The notes under the pieces were generated by a model that was not told the origin of the DNA, searched no databases, and saw nothing but the letters and a program-made list of their open reading frames with translations. A stretch of DNA of 64,000 bases from Opitutales bacterium (GTDB lineage Bacteria > Verrucomicrobiota > Verrucomicrobiia > Opitutales > UBA2987), in contig CBDDEL010000017.1 of NCBI GenBank assembly GCA_965226885.1, positions 192,001 to 256,000 on the forward strand. Direction: 5' to 3'. Shown here in pieces: positions 10,029 through 21,448 of this stretch; the first letter of the stretch is position 1, and the number at the start of each line of letters is the position of its first letter. The translations under genes were made by a program, and so were the position numbers.

Positions 10029-11486
10029 ATGAGAATGCAGCGATTATTGATCGACGGTCAATGGGTGGAGGCTTCCAATGGCGCCACCAGCGAGGTTAAA
10101 AACCCGGCCACCGGCGAAAAAATCGCGCGGCCCTCGGTGGCTTCACGGAAGGATGTCGAAAAAGCCATTGTGGCAGCCGGGCGTGCGTTTCCAGGGTGGG
10201 CGAGGCTCTCCCCTGCGGAAAGAGGAACCCACCTGCGTGCAGCCAGTGACAAGGTGATGGAACGGCGTAAGGAAATAGGCGCCCTTATGACCGAAGAACA
10301 GGGCAAACCGTTGCTGGAAGCCCAGGGCGAAGTGGAGAAAGCCGCACTCGCCTTGCGTTATTACGCGGAAGAAGGCGAAAGAGTTTACGGCCGCATAATC
10401 GCCAACCCCGAAAGGAATGCCGAAAGCCGCGTAGTTTATCAACCCATCGGGCCGACGGCGGCCATCACCCCCTGGAATTATCCGGTCGAACTATTGGCCT
10501 GGAAAATCTGCGGGGCCCTGGCCGCTGGCTGCACCATGGTGGCCAAACCTCCATCCCTCACCCCGCTCTCTCCCTTCGCTTTTATGGAATGCCTGGTGGA
10601 TGCGGGCATACCGCCCGGAGTCATCAACGGGATCAACGGCGCGGGCTCAAAAGTGGGGCCTCAACTGATTGAAAACCCCATCATCAAAAAAGTCGCCTTC
10701 ACCGGTTCCACCGAAGTGGGCCGTTTGATTTCGACAGACTGCGGGCCGCTGCTGAAAAAAGTTTCCCTCGAACTGGGGGGACACTGCCCGATGATTATCA
10801 GCAAGAATTGCGATCTGGAAGCCGCAGTGGAGGGGGCCACCCGCCGGTCGTTCCGCAATATGGGGCAAATCTGCATCTCCATTAACCGGATTTATGTGGA
10901 CCGCGAAATCCACGACCGGTTTGTGGAAAAATTTTCCGCCGCCGCCAATAAACTGATAATCGGCAATGGCCTCCTGACAGTCCCCTGCGATTTGGGCTGC
11001 ATGGCCAATGCGGAAGGTTTGGCCAAAACCAGGGAACACATCGCCAACGCCCTCGCCAAAGGAGCCATCCTGGCCTGTGGGGGGAAGAAACCGTCAGGCA
11101 GGGAATTCGCCCAAGGCTATTTCTTCGAACCGACCATTCTGACCGGCGCAACCCACGATATGAAAGTCATACGGGAAGAAACCTTCGGCCCGGTTGTCGG
11201 CGTGATGCCCTTCGATGATCTGGACGAAGCCATCGCCCTGGCCAACGACACGCCCTACGGCTTGGCAGCCTATGGATACACAGACAACCTCGATGAAGCC
11301 GACAAGCTGGCGCGGGAACTGAATGCGGGCAATGTGGCCATCAACAATGTCGATGCCGGCGCCATGAACGCACCATACGGGGGCTGGAAAGAAAGCGGCC
11401 GCGGTCATGAGCACGGACCGGAAGGTTTAATGGAGTATCTGGAGGCAAAACACGTGCGAGTGCGCTACCTGCACAGCAGCCGTTAA
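10029..11486 (+). CDS. NAD(P)-dependent aldehyde dehydrogenase, GabD/SSADH-like
   Basis: ITPWNYP, FTGSTEVG, LELGG, GQIC, EETFGP and PYGGWKESG motifs. Confidence 0.9.
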   Translation: MRMQRLLIDGQWVEASNGATSEVKNPATGEKIARPSVASRKDVEKAIVAAGRAFPGWARLSPAERGTHLRAASDKVMERRKEIGALMTEEQGKPLLEAQGEVEKAALALRYYAEEGERVYGRIIANPERNAESRVVYQPIGPTAAITPWNYPVELLAWKICGALAAGCTMVAKPPSLTPLSPFAFMECLVDAGIPPGVINGINGAGSKVGPQLIENPIIKKVAFTGSTEVGRLISTDCGPLLKKVSLELGGHCPMIISKNCDLEAAVEGATRRSFRNMGQICISINRIYVDREIHDRFVEKFSAAANKLIIGNGLLTVPCDLGCMANAEGLAKTREHIANALAKGAILACGGKKPSGREFAQGYFFEPTILTGATHDMKVIREETFGPVVGVMPFDDLDEAIALANDTPYGLAAYGYTDNLDEADKLARELNAGNVAINNVDAGAMNAPYGGWKESGRGHEHGPEGLMEYLEAKHVRVRYLHSSR

Positions 11487-11650
11487 GCTATTCATAAATG
11501 AACCAAATTTCTGCATTGGACGCCATTATTCCTTCTTCAAAATTATTCCGAAACGGATTTACTTTGAATATATCTCAAATCTTGACAAACAGCCGGTTGC
11601 CAAAGGGCGTTATATCTACCTTTTTTTTGAGAGCATAGACGAAAACTCGG

Positions 11651-12748
11651 ATGAGCGAAAAAACAAAATCAAAGATTGTTAAGGTCATTATCATCATACT
11701 GGCCGTTTATTTCTTTCTTCTGAGCATCAAACTGCTGGGGCATTCCTTTAAGCTGTTTGGTGAAGGATTTGCCGAGTCCCTCATCGAAATGACTTCAAAT
11801 CCTTTCACGGGTTTGCTCATCGGCATTGCCGCAACCAGTTTGATTCAAAGTTCCTCCACCACCACCTCCATAGTGGTGGGCATGGTGGCGGGAGATATTC
11901 TCACCCTGACCGGCGCGATTCCAGTTATTATGGGGGCCAATATTGGAACTACCATAACCAATACCCTCGTTTCGATGGCCCACGTAAACCGGCGGCTCGA
12001 ATTCCGCAGAGCCTTTTCCGCCAGCATCGTGCATGATCTATACAACATCTGCGCGGTCATTGTGATCTTTCCGCTCGAATTAAAGTTTCACCTCATCGAA
12101 AAAACCGCCACCGGCATGATAAAGGTATTGGCCGGAACGGGAAGCCTCAGCCTGTTTAATCCTTTAAAATTAGCGCTGGATCCCGTCATCGGCCTTCTCG
12201 ACGGCATTTTTTCATATTTCCCCTACAAGGGTTTTATCATGGCTGCGGTGTCCATCGTAATGCTCTTCACGGCTCTCGGGTTTCTCATCAAATCCATTCG
12301 CTCCCTGGTTCTGGACAAGGTGGAAATCATCATCAACCAATACCTTTTTCGAAATGATTTACTGGCTTTGACGATGGGGATTTTAATGACTCTGGTGGTG
12401 CAAAGCAGTTCCGTTACAACATCCATCATCATCCCGCTGGCGGGGGCCGGAGTGGTTGCCCTGCGGCAGGTTTTTCCATATACACTGGGAGCCAACCTCG
12501 GCACCACCGGTACGGCCATACTGGCTGCCCTGGCCACCCAGAATGAAATTGCCATAACGGTGGCATTCGCCCACCTCACTTTCAATGCATTCGGGATTTT
12601 TATATTCTACCCATTGCGTTTCATCCCGATCGGCCTGGCCAAGTTTATCGGCCTCAAGGCAAGTCTTTCCCGCCAAAATTTGATTTTATTTGTGTTATCC
12701 TACCTGATTTTATACCTTCTACCTCTGGCTCTCATCTTTTTTTGGTGA
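11651..12748 (+). CDS. Na+/Pi cotransporter (NptA/SLC34 family)
   Basis: Two QSSS motifs and GANIGT/GANLGT repeats; hydrophobic. Confidence 0.92.
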   Translation: MSEKTKSKIVKVIIIILAVYFFLLSIKLLGHSFKLFGEGFAESLIEMTSNPFTGLLIGIAATSLIQSSSTTTSIVVGMVAGDILTLTGAIPVIMGANIGTTITNTLVSMAHVNRRLEFRRAFSASIVHDLYNICAVIVIFPLELKFHLIEKTATGMIKVLAGTGSLSLFNPLKLALDPVIGLLDGIFSYFPYKGFIMAAVSIVMLFTALGFLIKSIRSLVLDKVEIIINQYLFRNDLLALTMGILMTLVVQSSSVTTSIIIPLAGAGVVALRQVFPYTLGANLGTTGTAILAALATQNEIAITVAFAHLTFNAFGIFIFYPLRFIPIGLAKFIGLKASLSRQNLILFVLSYLILYLLPLALIFFW

Positions 12749-12905
12749 TAGCATTGGCTGGAGCATTGGCTGGGACTTCATATAATTTGGTGATGGGAGA
12801 ATTGATGTTGCAGGAAATGATGTTAAAAAAGAAGCATGCAGGGCAGAGTTGCCAAAATCGGCAATTATCTTTTGCATACTAAACAAGAAAACCGGTTTAT
12901 AAAAA

Positions 12906-13574
12906 ATGTGGAATGAAATTTTAAGTTTATGGAACAAAGACAACCTCCAGGAGCAAGCCTGGAAGCGTTCTTTTGAAATGCTCAAAATCACCCATGACAT
13001 GTTCCTCGAAGCTGTCCGCGTACTCAGGGAAGACGACTCAACCGGCGTGCGAGAAGAAGTCCGGGCCAAAGACAAAATTGTCAATGCGTATGTGTGGGAC
13101 GTGCGAAAAATGGTCTTGACCCACTTGGCCTCGCAGTCCCCCCACGAACTTCCCGAAGGAATGGTCCTGATCAGTATAGTAATCGATATTGAACGATTGG
13201 GCGACTATACTAAAAACATCGTCGATCTAGCCGTCCACCACCCTCGTCTTTTGGATGCAAAAAAATTTGAAAAAGAACTCCATGCCATAGAGCAAGCCGT
13301 CAAACGCCTTTATGCTAAAACCCTGAAAGGCTTTGCAGAACCCAATGTGGAGGCGTCTCGGAAACTCCTTGATAAATATTCCTGGATCAACACCCAATCC
13401 GATAAATTGCTCATGGAACTGGTGGATGAAAAGGACCCGGACATTCCATCCGGCATAGCCGTTTCTCTGGGGTTGTATATTAGATGGCTCAAACGCATTA
13501 ATTCGCACCTGCAAAACATTATCAGCAGCCAAGTAAACCCATTCCCGAAAATCGGTTTCAGGACTACTAAATGA
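12906..13574 (+). CDS. PhoU-domain phosphate uptake regulator
   Basis: DIERLGDY and LKRINSH repeats; follows the Na/Pi transporter. Confidence 0.85.
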   Translation: MWNEILSLWNKDNLQEQAWKRSFEMLKITHDMFLEAVRVLREDDSTGVREEVRAKDKIVNAYVWDVRKMVLTHLASQSPHELPEGMVLISIVIDIERLGDYTKNIVDLAVHHPRLLDAKKFEKELHAIEQAVKRLYAKTLKGFAEPNVEASRKLLDKYSWINTQSDKLLMELVDEKDPDIPSGIAVSLGLYIRWLKRINSHLQNIISSQVNPFPKIGFRTTK

Positions 13575-13616
13575 TTTATACCAAGCCTTTTTATATGAGA
13601 TAAGATTTGTTATAAT

Positions 13617-15332
13617 TTAATTTTCAGCGGAATTGCGGGGACGCAGAAGGTCGCCCAGTCGATAGGCATCCTTTTCCTTCGATGAAAAGAAAAGAGCAAA
13701 ATATCCGCACAAAACGAAGATGCTGCAAAGGATGACAAACCAGTCGCCGAAACGGACATAAAAAGAGAGGCGGCTGGCCCAGCGGGCGTCCCTTTTGATT
13801 TCCATGAGGTCGGTGCCGCGAAAATAAATACCTTTATCCGGACTGCGCAGGACATGCCGGACATTGCCAAACTCGTCGATCCAGCCGCTCCAGCCGCCGT
13901 TTCCGCATCGAACGACAGGCCGGCGGGTCTCCACCGCACGGAGTACGGAATGGGCGGCGTGCTGGTAGGCCCCTGCCTCTTCACCATACCAGGCGTTGTT
14001 GGTGGCCACAAAGAGGAAATCGACCCCTGCCTGCACTGACTGCCGGGCGAGCCGCGGAAAGACATCCTCATAGCAAATAAGGGCACCCACCCGAAAGTTG
14101 TTATGGGATACCTTGAGAGGAAAAACTTGGGCCAAATGTCCTTTGCCAAAGGAATCCCCTACCGGCACTATCTTGTCCACGAAGGGAAGAAACCGCCGCA
14201 TGGGCACGTATTCACCGAAAGGGACCAACCTCCGTTTAGCGTAATAGGGTTCCGTGAATCCGTTTTCCGGAGTAACGGCGCAGACGATGTTGTACCAGGT
14301 TTCCCCCTCGATAGCCATGTTGCCCATGAGGATGGTCTTGTCGATGCGGCGGGCCAAGTCCTCGGTCCAGGCGCGCGCCCCTTCGTCCCCCTTAATGGGC
14401 CAGGGAGTAACCGATTCCGGCCATAGAACCACATCCCCTCCCACCGCCGCACCGTAGAGCGTGTATTTTTCAATGGTGTCGAGATTTTCCCGGGCAGCCG
14501 CGGGGTCCCATTTAAGCGATTGCCGGATATAGGGCTGGATGGTGGAGGCAGTAAAAAGTTTCTGGCTTTGGATGCCGAAAACTTCCGACCAGAGCAAACC
14601 GGCCACTGCACACAGCAGAAGGGTTAAAGCGACATAAAACTCGGGGCAGATGCGTTCGTGCCAGGAACGGTAGGATTTTCCCCCAATGATGCGCCGCACA
14701 TAAAAAGCCAGCCCTAGGTTGAAAAATATCAATATGAAGGAGAGGCCGGCCGAACCAGTTAAGGCGAGGATTTGCAGGAGGGCCGGGCGGTCCCATTGGC
14801 TGGCAGCCAGGGGAAGCCAGGGAAATCCCGTGAAAAGAAGCCCTCGCAGGTGTTCCAGAAGAACCCACCATCCGGCCAGGCCGAGCAGTCCCGGCAGCCG
14901 AACCGACAAAAACGGTTTGCCCTCCAGTCGAGGCGCCGCCCACCAGGCGACCACCAGCCACAGAAAAAAATACAATCCCGTGTAGAAGGACAGGGCGATG
15001 GTTCCCACAATAGTTACATGGCGCAACCACCAGAGCAGTACCAGCCAGGAAAGAAATCCGGCCAGCAGCGCGCATATCGAGTAAATTTTCAGTGGTGGCC
15101 GGTTGAACGCCCACAGGAGAAAAGGCAGGGTAAACAGATAGGCGGATTCCGCAATATTGATATTGGGAAAGGCGGCCGTATAAAGTGCAACCGTCAAAAC
15201 AACGACCGCAGGAGGCCAAATCCATTTTTTAAATATTATGGAAACGGTAGCCTTCCGCGGAGCGTCCTTTTTTAAATGATACTCCTGCCGGGCGGCGCCG
15301 CGGGGCCGTAATTTTGATATACGGAATGACAA
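13617..15332 (-). CDS. lnt: Apolipoprotein N-acyltransferase
   Basis: TGFPW, WPES, KRRLVPFGEYVP, ICYE, TNNAWY and RAVETRR motifs. Confidence 0.96.
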   Translation of the reverse strand: MSFRISKLRPRGAARQEYHLKKDAPRKATVSIIFKKWIWPPAVVVLTVALYTAAFPNINIAESAYLFTLPFLLWAFNRPPLKIYSICALLAGFLSWLVLLWWLRHVTIVGTIALSFYTGLYFFLWLVVAWWAAPRLEGKPFLSVRLPGLLGLAGWWVLLEHLRGLLFTGFPWLPLAASQWDRPALLQILALTGSAGLSFILIFFNLGLAFYVRRIIGGKSYRSWHERICPEFYVALTLLLCAVAGLLWSEVFGIQSQKLFTASTIQPYIRQSLKWDPAAARENLDTIEKYTLYGAAVGGDVVLWPESVTPWPIKGDEGARAWTEDLARRIDKTILMGNMAIEGETWYNIVCAVTPENGFTEPYYAKRRLVPFGEYVPMRRFLPFVDKIVPVGDSFGKGHLAQVFPLKVSHNNFRVGALICYEDVFPRLARQSVQAGVDFLFVATNNAWYGEEAGAYQHAAHSVLRAVETRRPVVRCGNGGWSGWIDEFGNVRHVLRSPDKGIYFRGTDLMEIKRDARWASRLSFYVRFGDWFVILCSIFVLCGYFALFFSSKEKDAYRLGDLLRPRNSAEN

Positions 15333-15369
15333 AATGAGGACTAATTTTTAAAAAACGCCGCCGGGAGCC

Positions 15370-18300
15370 TCAAGCGTTTCTTCCGTGGCATTTTTTATAT
15401 TTTTTACCGCTTCCACAGGGACAGGGATCATTGCGGCCGACTTTCGGAGCTTGCCGCCGCACCGTCACGGAAGGAAGTTTAACCGGTTTTTTGCCGGATT
15501 GCGCGACGGAACCGCCAGCAGTCAGGACGGGAGCGGAGTCCGGTCCCTGAGTGCGGATATCGCGTGAAAGCATTGCTATCATGGATTCAAAGGCTTTCAC
15601 GTTGGTGGCCGATCGAAAGAGCCCCTTGCAGATATCGAAGCGGATGTTGTTCATCATCTGCTCGAAGTAAACATAGGCTTCGCTCTTGAATTCACTTAAG
15701 GGATCCTTCTGCCCATAACCGCGCAAGCCCACGCTCTGGCGCAGGTCGTCCATTTCCGTCAGGTGGTCCTGCCAGTGGCGGTCCATGTTTGAGATAATGA
15801 CATACCGTTCGAGAGCTTCCAGGGCCTCCGGCGTTTCCACCGACTCCTTGGCCCGGTAGGCGGCACGGACTTTATCGAGACCGTAGGAGAGAAGTTCATC
15901 GACATCCTTGCCGGCCAGTTCCTCTTTTTTCACAACCACGGGAAAGTGGTTGTTTAGCCAGGAAAGAAAGACCTCCACGGATTCGGAGGACGGCTCTTTT
16001 TCATCGGCCAGCCCGCTTTCCTCCAGGCGGTAGGCAAGCTCTTCTTCCACCAGGTCGAATATTATTTCCCTGGGGACGTCCGAGTGCAGCGCATCGTTGC
16101 GCAAATTGTAAATAATTTCACGCTGCTTGTTGAAAACATCGTCGTATTGGATAAGCCGTTTGCGAATGGAGTAATTCTGCTCCTCCACCCTTTTCTGGGC
16201 ATTCTCAATGACCCAGCTGGGCAACGGAACTTCACCCTCGCCAACCGATTTTTCGAGTAGCTTGCCGACCATCCCGGTGTTGCCGAAGAGGCGCAGCAAA
16301 TCATCCTCCAGAGAGATGTAAAAACGCGACAACCCAGGATCCCCCTGGCGCCCGCTGCGCCCGCGCAACTGCCGGTCGATGCGCCGGGCCGTGTGGCGCT
16401 CGGTGCCGATGACATAGAGACCGCCATTCTCGGCGATGCCCTCGCCCAGCTTGATATCGGTTCCCCTCCCGGCCATATTGGTGGCAATGGTAACGGCCCC
16501 GCGCTGTCCGGCCCGCACTATGATATCGGCCTCCTGGGCGTGAAACTTGGCGTTGAGCACATTATGGGTGATATTGGTCCGTCTGAGCATGCGGCTGAGC
16601 ACCTCCGAGGCTTCCACCGAAACGGTGCCCACCAGCACTGGCTGCCCCCGCCCGTGGGCTTCCTTGATTTCCTCGATGACGGCATTGTATTTTTCCCGGC
16701 GGGTCTTGTAAATGGTATCGTGCAGGTCTTCCCGGACAAAAGTCCGATTGGGCGGGATAACCATCACGGTGAGGTCGTAAATATCCCGGAATTCATTGGC
16801 CTCGGTCTCCGCCGTGCCGGTCATTCCGGCCAGCTTCTCATACATGCGGAAATAATTCTGTATGGTAATGGTGGCGTAGGTCTTCGATTCGCGCTCGATG
16901 GCGACGCCCTCCTTGGCTTCAACCGCCTGGTGAAGGCCATCGCTCCACCGACGCCCCGGCATGACCCGGCCCGTATTCTCATCGACAATGATTACCTTGC
17001 CGTCCTTGACGATATACTGGTCGTCTTTCAAATAAATGGAATAGGCGCGCAGCAGTTGGCTGATGCAATGGATGTCTTCGCTGGTTTGCTCGAAATGATC
17101 CTGGGCGGCCGCCTTGGCTTTCTTCTTCTCCTCATCATCCAGGTCGGGGTTACCATCCACCTCGATGTAAATGGAGGGAAGATCCGGTAAAACGAAGGCA
17201 TCATCATCGTCTGGGCGAATGAACTGGCGGCCCTTTTCCGTCAAGTCGGCCTGGTGCCCCTTTTCATCGATGACGTAAAACAGCTCCTCTTTGAGGGCGT
17301 AAAACTGTCTCTTGTTACTGTCGCTGCCCATTTCCAGGTCGAACTTGTCGAAAGCCTTGCGGATGCGGCCAACCTCCATCAGGCGCAAAAACTGTCTGTT
17401 TTTGGGCGACCCCTGTTTGACCTGGAGGAGTTTGCTATAAGCATCCATTAAATCATCCTCTTCCTCGTCTCCTTCATCTCCCTTTTCCGCCCCGTTGAGT
17501 TCTTTGCGGGCCTCCGCCACCAGGCGATTGCAAAGGGTGCTTTGCTGGCGCACCAGACGCTCGATGAGCGGTTTCATTTTGGGTAACGGCATTTCCCGAT
17601 CGATCTGGGCGGGACCGGAAATAATGAGCGGGGTACGCGCCTCATCGACCAGAACCTGGTCCACCTCGTCGATGATGCAGTAATAATGATCGCGCTGCAC
17701 CTGGGACTCCTTGCGCGTGCCCATGCCGTTATCCCGCAAGTAATCGAAACCGTATTCACTGGCCGTGCCGTAGGTGATGTCCCGTTTGTACATTTCCCGG
17801 CGGCCGGCCGGATCCATGGAGTTCTGAATACAGCCCACGGTCAGCCCCAGGAACTTGAAAATGCAGCCCATCCACTCGGAATCGCGCCGTGCCAGGTAAT
17901 CGTTGACAGTGACCAACTGACAATTGCGCCCGGTCAGGGCATTGAGGTAAAGCGGCAGTGTGGCAACCAGGGTTTTCCCCTCCCCCGTCGCCATTTCGGA
18001 AATTTTATTGTCGTGCAGGGATATACCGCCAATAAGCTGCACATCGAAATGGATCATGTCCCAGACAAGGTCATGTTCGCAGACCGTGAAAGTCTGCCCA
18101 AATAACCGGCGGGCAGCATTTTTCACTACCGCAAAAGCTTCCGGCAGGAGTTCGGCCAGTATTTCCGTATTGGCTTTTTTCCGCGCCAATACCTTGCTTT
18201 TCTCCTCCCCATTGGACGGCAGTTTCGACAACGCTTCCTCCATCCGATCCTGGTAACTCTGCTTCAACTCATCCGTCTTGGCGCGAAGCTGGTCGTCGGA

Positions 18301-18414
18301 CAGCTCTTGATAACCCTCCTCCAGACGGTTGATTTTCTCAATCTGAGGCCCGAGCTGGTTCAGGTATTTTCGATAATGCCTGCCTTGGAGTTTCTTGAAA
18401 AATCCACTGATCAT
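15370..18414 (-). CDS. secA: Preprotein translocase subunit SecA
   Basis: [35 protein letters not shown] and C-terminal [13 protein letters not shown]. Confidence 0.99.
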   Translation of the reverse strand: MISGFFKKLQGRHYRKYLNQLGPQIEKINRLEEGYQELSDDQLRAKTDELKQSYQDRMEEALSKLPSNGEEKSKVLARKKANTEILAELLPEAFAVVKNAARRLFGQTFTVCEHDLVWDMIHFDVQLIGGISLHDNKISEMATGEGKTLVATLPLYLNALTGRNCQLVTVNDYLARRDSEWMGCIFKFLGLTVGCIQNSMDPAGRREMYKRDITYGTASEYGFDYLRDNGMGTRKESQVQRDHYYCIIDEVDQVLVDEARTPLIISGPAQIDREMPLPKMKPLIERLVRQQSTLCNRLVAEARKELNGAEKGDEGDEEEDDLMDAYSKLLQVKQGSPKNRQFLRLMEVGRIRKAFDKFDLEMGSDSNKRQFYALKEELFYVIDEKGHQADLTEKGRQFIRPDDDDAFVLPDLPSIYIEVDGNPDLDDEEKKKAKAAAQDHFEQTSEDIHCISQLLRAYSIYLKDDQYIVKDGKVIIVDENTGRVMPGRRWSDGLHQAVEAKEGVAIERESKTYATITIQNYFRMYEKLAGMTGTAETEANEFRDIYDLTVMVIPPNRTFVREDLHDTIYKTRREKYNAVIEEIKEAHGRGQPVLVGTVSVEASEVLSRMLRRTNITHNVLNAKFHAQEADIIVRAGQRGAVTIATNMAGRGTDIKLGEGIAENGGLYVIGTERHTARRIDRQLRGRSGRQGDPGLSRFYISLEDDLLRLFGNTGMVGKLLEKSVGEGEVPLPSWVIENAQKRVEEQNYSIRKRLIQYDDVFNKQREIIYNLRNDALHSDVPREIIFDLVEEELAYRLEESGLADEKEPSSESVEVFLSWLNNHFPVVVKKEELAGKDVDELLSYGLDKVRAAYRAKESVETPEALEALERYVIISNMDRHWQDHLTEMDDLRQSVGLRGYGQKDPLSEFKSEAYVYFEQMMNNIRFDICKGLFRSATNVKAFESMIAMLSRDIRTQGPDSAPVLTAGGSVAQSGKKPVKLPSVTVRRQAPKVGRNDPCPCGSGKKYKKCHGRNA

Positions 18415-18502
18415 ATTAATTCGTTAATTTGTTCAACAGCGGGATTAGGCACCCCTGTTGTCGACTGTGTTTCTTCATAAAAAAACAGTCCGCCCGCCGG
18501 TA

Positions 18503-19438
18503 TCAGGAGGCTTTCAGTTTTTTTCTGAAATAGGCAATCGTTTTCTGCAACCCGGACTGCAAATCGCAAACTGGCTCCCAGTCGAGATATTTTCTGGCCA
18601 GGGTAATATCGGGCTGGCGTTGTTGGGGGTCGTCCCCCGGTAATTCCCTATAAGTTATTCGCGAATGGCTTTTGCAAAGTTCCAGAACCTTCTCGGCCAA
18701 TTCCAGAATGGTGAATTCGCCGGGATTTCCCAGATTAACCGGCCCCACCGTCTTCTCCTGCTCCATCATCCGCACAAATCCATCGATAAGGTCATCGACA
18801 TAACAAAAAGAACGCGTCTGCCGCCCCTCGCCGTAAATGGTGATATCTTCGCCACGAAGGGCTTGTACAATAAAATTGGACACCACGCGGCCGTCCTGCG
18901 GATGCATGCGGGGCCCATAAGTATTGAAAATGCGTACTACCCGTATATCGACCCGGTTTTCCCGGTGATAATCGAAAAACAGCGTTTCGGCGCACCGCTT
19001 GCCCTCATCATAACAGGCCCGCAACCCGATGGGGTTGACGTTTCCCCAATAGGTTTCCGACTGGGGGTGCTGGTCGGGATCGCCATAAACCTCAGAGGTG
19101 GAAGCTTGCAGTATGCGCGCTTTTACCCGCTTGGCCAATCCCAGGCAATTGATGGCCCCCATGACGGATGTCTTGACCGTCTTGATCGGGTTATACTGGT
19201 AATGAATGGGGGAGGCCGGACAGGCTAGATTGTAGATGCGATCGACTTCCAGTTTAATGGGGTCAACAATATCATGGCGCAATAACTCGAACCCCGGGTC
19301 GGATAACAAATGGGAAAGGTTTTCCTTGGATCCGGTGAACAAATTATCCAAACAGATAACTTCGTGCTCCTCTTTTAAAAGTCGCCCGCAAAGATGACTG
19401 CCCAAAAAACCGGCGCCGCCTGTTACCAATATTCGCAT
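18503..19438 (-). CDS. UDP-glucuronate decarboxylase (UDP-xylose synthase)
   Basis: [29 protein letters not shown] and GRVVSNF motifs. Confidence 0.93.
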   Translation of the reverse strand: MRILVTGGAGFLGSHLCGRLLKEEHEVICLDNLFTGSKENLSHLLSDPGFELLRHDIVDPIKLEVDRIYNLACPASPIHYQYNPIKTVKTSVMGAINCLGLAKRVKARILQASTSEVYGDPDQHPQSETYWGNVNPIGLRACYDEGKRCAETLFFDYHRENRVDIRVVRIFNTYGPRMHPQDGRVVSNFIVQALRGEDITIYGEGRQTRSFCYVDDLIDGFVRMMEQEKTVGPVNLGNPGEFTILELAEKVLELCKSHSRITYRELPGDDPQQRQPDITLARKYLDWEPVCDLQSGLQKTIAYFRKKLKAS

Positions 19439-19649
19439 TTACGAAACAAAAAGGTGTCCAGAAAACGAAATGCTGCAAGCAATATCATGCCTCTTTCGTC
19501 ATACACCATCATTGACCTCTCACCAATGAACCAAACTTTTCCACAAAATGAGAAAAATCTCTTCGCTTTAACCAACTAAGGGGAAAAACGAAGAGATTTA
19601 TCAACAGTCAATATTTGCAATGAAACCCGCAGCGGGTGTTATAAAAAAT

Positions 19650-20153
19650 TTACTTTAAACTGCTGTAAACGCCCTTTTCCATTTTAGTTACCACCGCGTA
19701 ACTGAGGGCGAATTTTTTAGAAGCCGCATTTTTGGACAGACCGCCCTTGAGCGCTTTTAAAACGGTATCGCGCAGCCCAGCCGTAATCTTCGTGCGTTTA
19801 CGCCGCCCTTTGGCGGGAGCAGCAGAAGCCTTGGCCGCTTTTTTAGCGATTTTCTTGCGGACGGCTTTAACGGCAACTTTACGCTTGGCCTTACCAGCTT
19901 TTTTCCGGGGCGCTTTGGCGGCTGCGGGTGCAGCTACCGCTGCCGCTTTTCTCTTGCCCATGCGCAACGAGTATTTGGCAATAAGAGCATCCACTAAAAC
20001 TCTCGCGTTTTTGTAACCGCTGTTTTTAACCAGCGTGTCAAGTTTCCCTTCCAAAACTTCCGCATTTTTTAACTGGTCGGATAATGCTTTTCTTTCCCGG
20101 GCCAGTTTTGCTTCTTCTTTTTCGAGGTCTTTAATTTTCTTTTTTATGTTCAT
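19650..20153 (-). CDS. Highly basic putative nucleoid-associated protein (coiled coil, Lys/Ala linker, C-terminal HTH)
   Basis: N-terminal heptad-like segment, AAAKAPRKKAGKAKRK linker, RKRTKIT...GLSKNAASKKFALSY HTH-like end. Confidence 0.7.
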   Translation of the reverse strand: MNIKKKIKDLEKEEAKLARERKALSDQLKNAEVLEGKLDTLVKNSGYKNARVLVDALIAKYSLRMGKRKAAAVAAPAAAKAPRKKAGKAKRKVAVKAVRKKIAKKAAKASAAPAKGRRKRTKITAGLRDTVLKALKGGLSKNAASKKFALSYAVVTKMEKGVYSSLK

Positions 20154-20242
20154 AGGTTTTCTCTTATTTCATCGCTTTAAAAAATAATCAAGTACAAATA
20201 TTAAATAAATTTCACTTTTAATTGTGACCAATTTTAGGTTTA

Positions 20243-20315
20243 GGTAGTGTTAACATGACGAATGTTTGATATTGCTGTTGTATTCCCAGATGAACAAGCA
20301 CAGGACGCGAAAATG
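20243..20315 (-). mobile_element. Right-end fragment of a second IS1-family isoform
   Basis: GGTAGTGTTAAC end; identical to 22031-22103; minus strand encodes InsB-like HFRVLCLFIWEYN. Confidence 0.8.
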
Positions 20316-20572
20316 GGTAGTGTATAAAAAAAGAATGTTATTTTGTATTTTTAGCTGTACAAATAGCGTTAGGCAGTTTATTCTTAGTGCATGGTTACTA
20401 AAATTATTAATTGTCGGCACTGTGGAAGTGAAAATATCATTAAATTTGGCAAGACGCCCAACCATAAACAGCGCTACCGCTGCCATGATTGTGGTAAACA
20501 AAGCCGCGAAAACCCCACAGTGAAATACACCGAAGAGCAAAAAGAAATGATCCTTCGAGTCTATCAGGAACG
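20316..20572 (+). mobile_element. IS1-family left fragment (truncated insA)
   Basis: Matches the first ~257 bp of 53781-54582; cut by another IS1 copy. Confidence 0.9.
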
Positions 20573-21374
20573 GGTAGTGTATTAAGTAGGAATGGTGGCT
20601 AATTCTTAATTATATTGATGAATGAAAAGTCTCAGACAGGTTTCATGCATACTCTTAAGCTTGGAAAAGGAGAGGGTTTTGCGTGTGAAGCGACCCAGTC
20701 GTTGGCGCAGGGTATTGTTCCATCGTTCCACATGGGCCGTTTCACCGGTTTCTTTTCCCACGGATCGGTTATGAGGAAAGACTTCATCATAAGTGCTCCA
20801 AAAGTCGCTGTAGGTGGCACATCTTTTGTAGGCCCGTGGCAGACGCTCGTAAAGTTCCCGGCAACGATACCAATCCCGAGGCCCAATGGCATAGGAGAGG
20901 ATTTGACGGGTGCGTCGGCAAAGAGCGATCCAAACCCATTGGGCATCGCTCTTGCGCCCCACAAAAGACCACAGTTCGTCCAGTTCAATGACATCATGGC
21001 GGCGGGCCGCAAGAATCGTGCTTTTGAGCGGTCGCAGCGATTGTCGTTTTTTTTAACCAACTCAAAACGGTGTTGGGACTCACCCCGAAGGCGCGCTGTA
21101 AACCGCGTAGACTGCTGCGTTCCTGATAGACTCGAAGGATCATTTCTTTTTGCTCTTCGGTGTATTTCACTGTGGGGTTTTCGCGGCTTTGTCTACCACA
21201 ATCATGGCAGCGGTAGCGCTGTTTATGGTTGGGCGTCTTGCCAAATTTAATGATATTTTCACTTCCACAGTGCCGACAATTAATAATTTTAGTAACCATG
21301 CACTAAGAATAAACTGCCTAACGCTATTTGTACAGCTAAAAATACAAAATAACATTCTTTTTTTATACACTACC
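20573..21374 (-). mobile_element. IS1-family element (insA 21299-20994; insB with premature TAA)
   Basis: GGTAGTGTAT IRs, 802 bp, CxxC/CxxC zinc finger Ins[16 protein letters not shown] InsB; no TSD. Confidence 0.94.
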
Positions 21375-21448
21375 CTCTACATCCCGCCTGCCCAGAAAGA
21401 GCGGTTTTCAGAGGTCATCCGTTTCCGCCGGGCGTCCCTTTAGAGATC

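Noticed and set aside
608..11486. Fluorinase/chlorinase-type cluster (DUF62-fold + PNP + aldehyde dehydrogenase, like flA/flB or salL/salT)
   Set aside because: Both DUF62 genes carry the hydrolase-type TFHGRD motif, both are broken, and the IS1380/IS3 breakpoint at 7190-9101 shows PNP and ALDH were probably not native neighbours.
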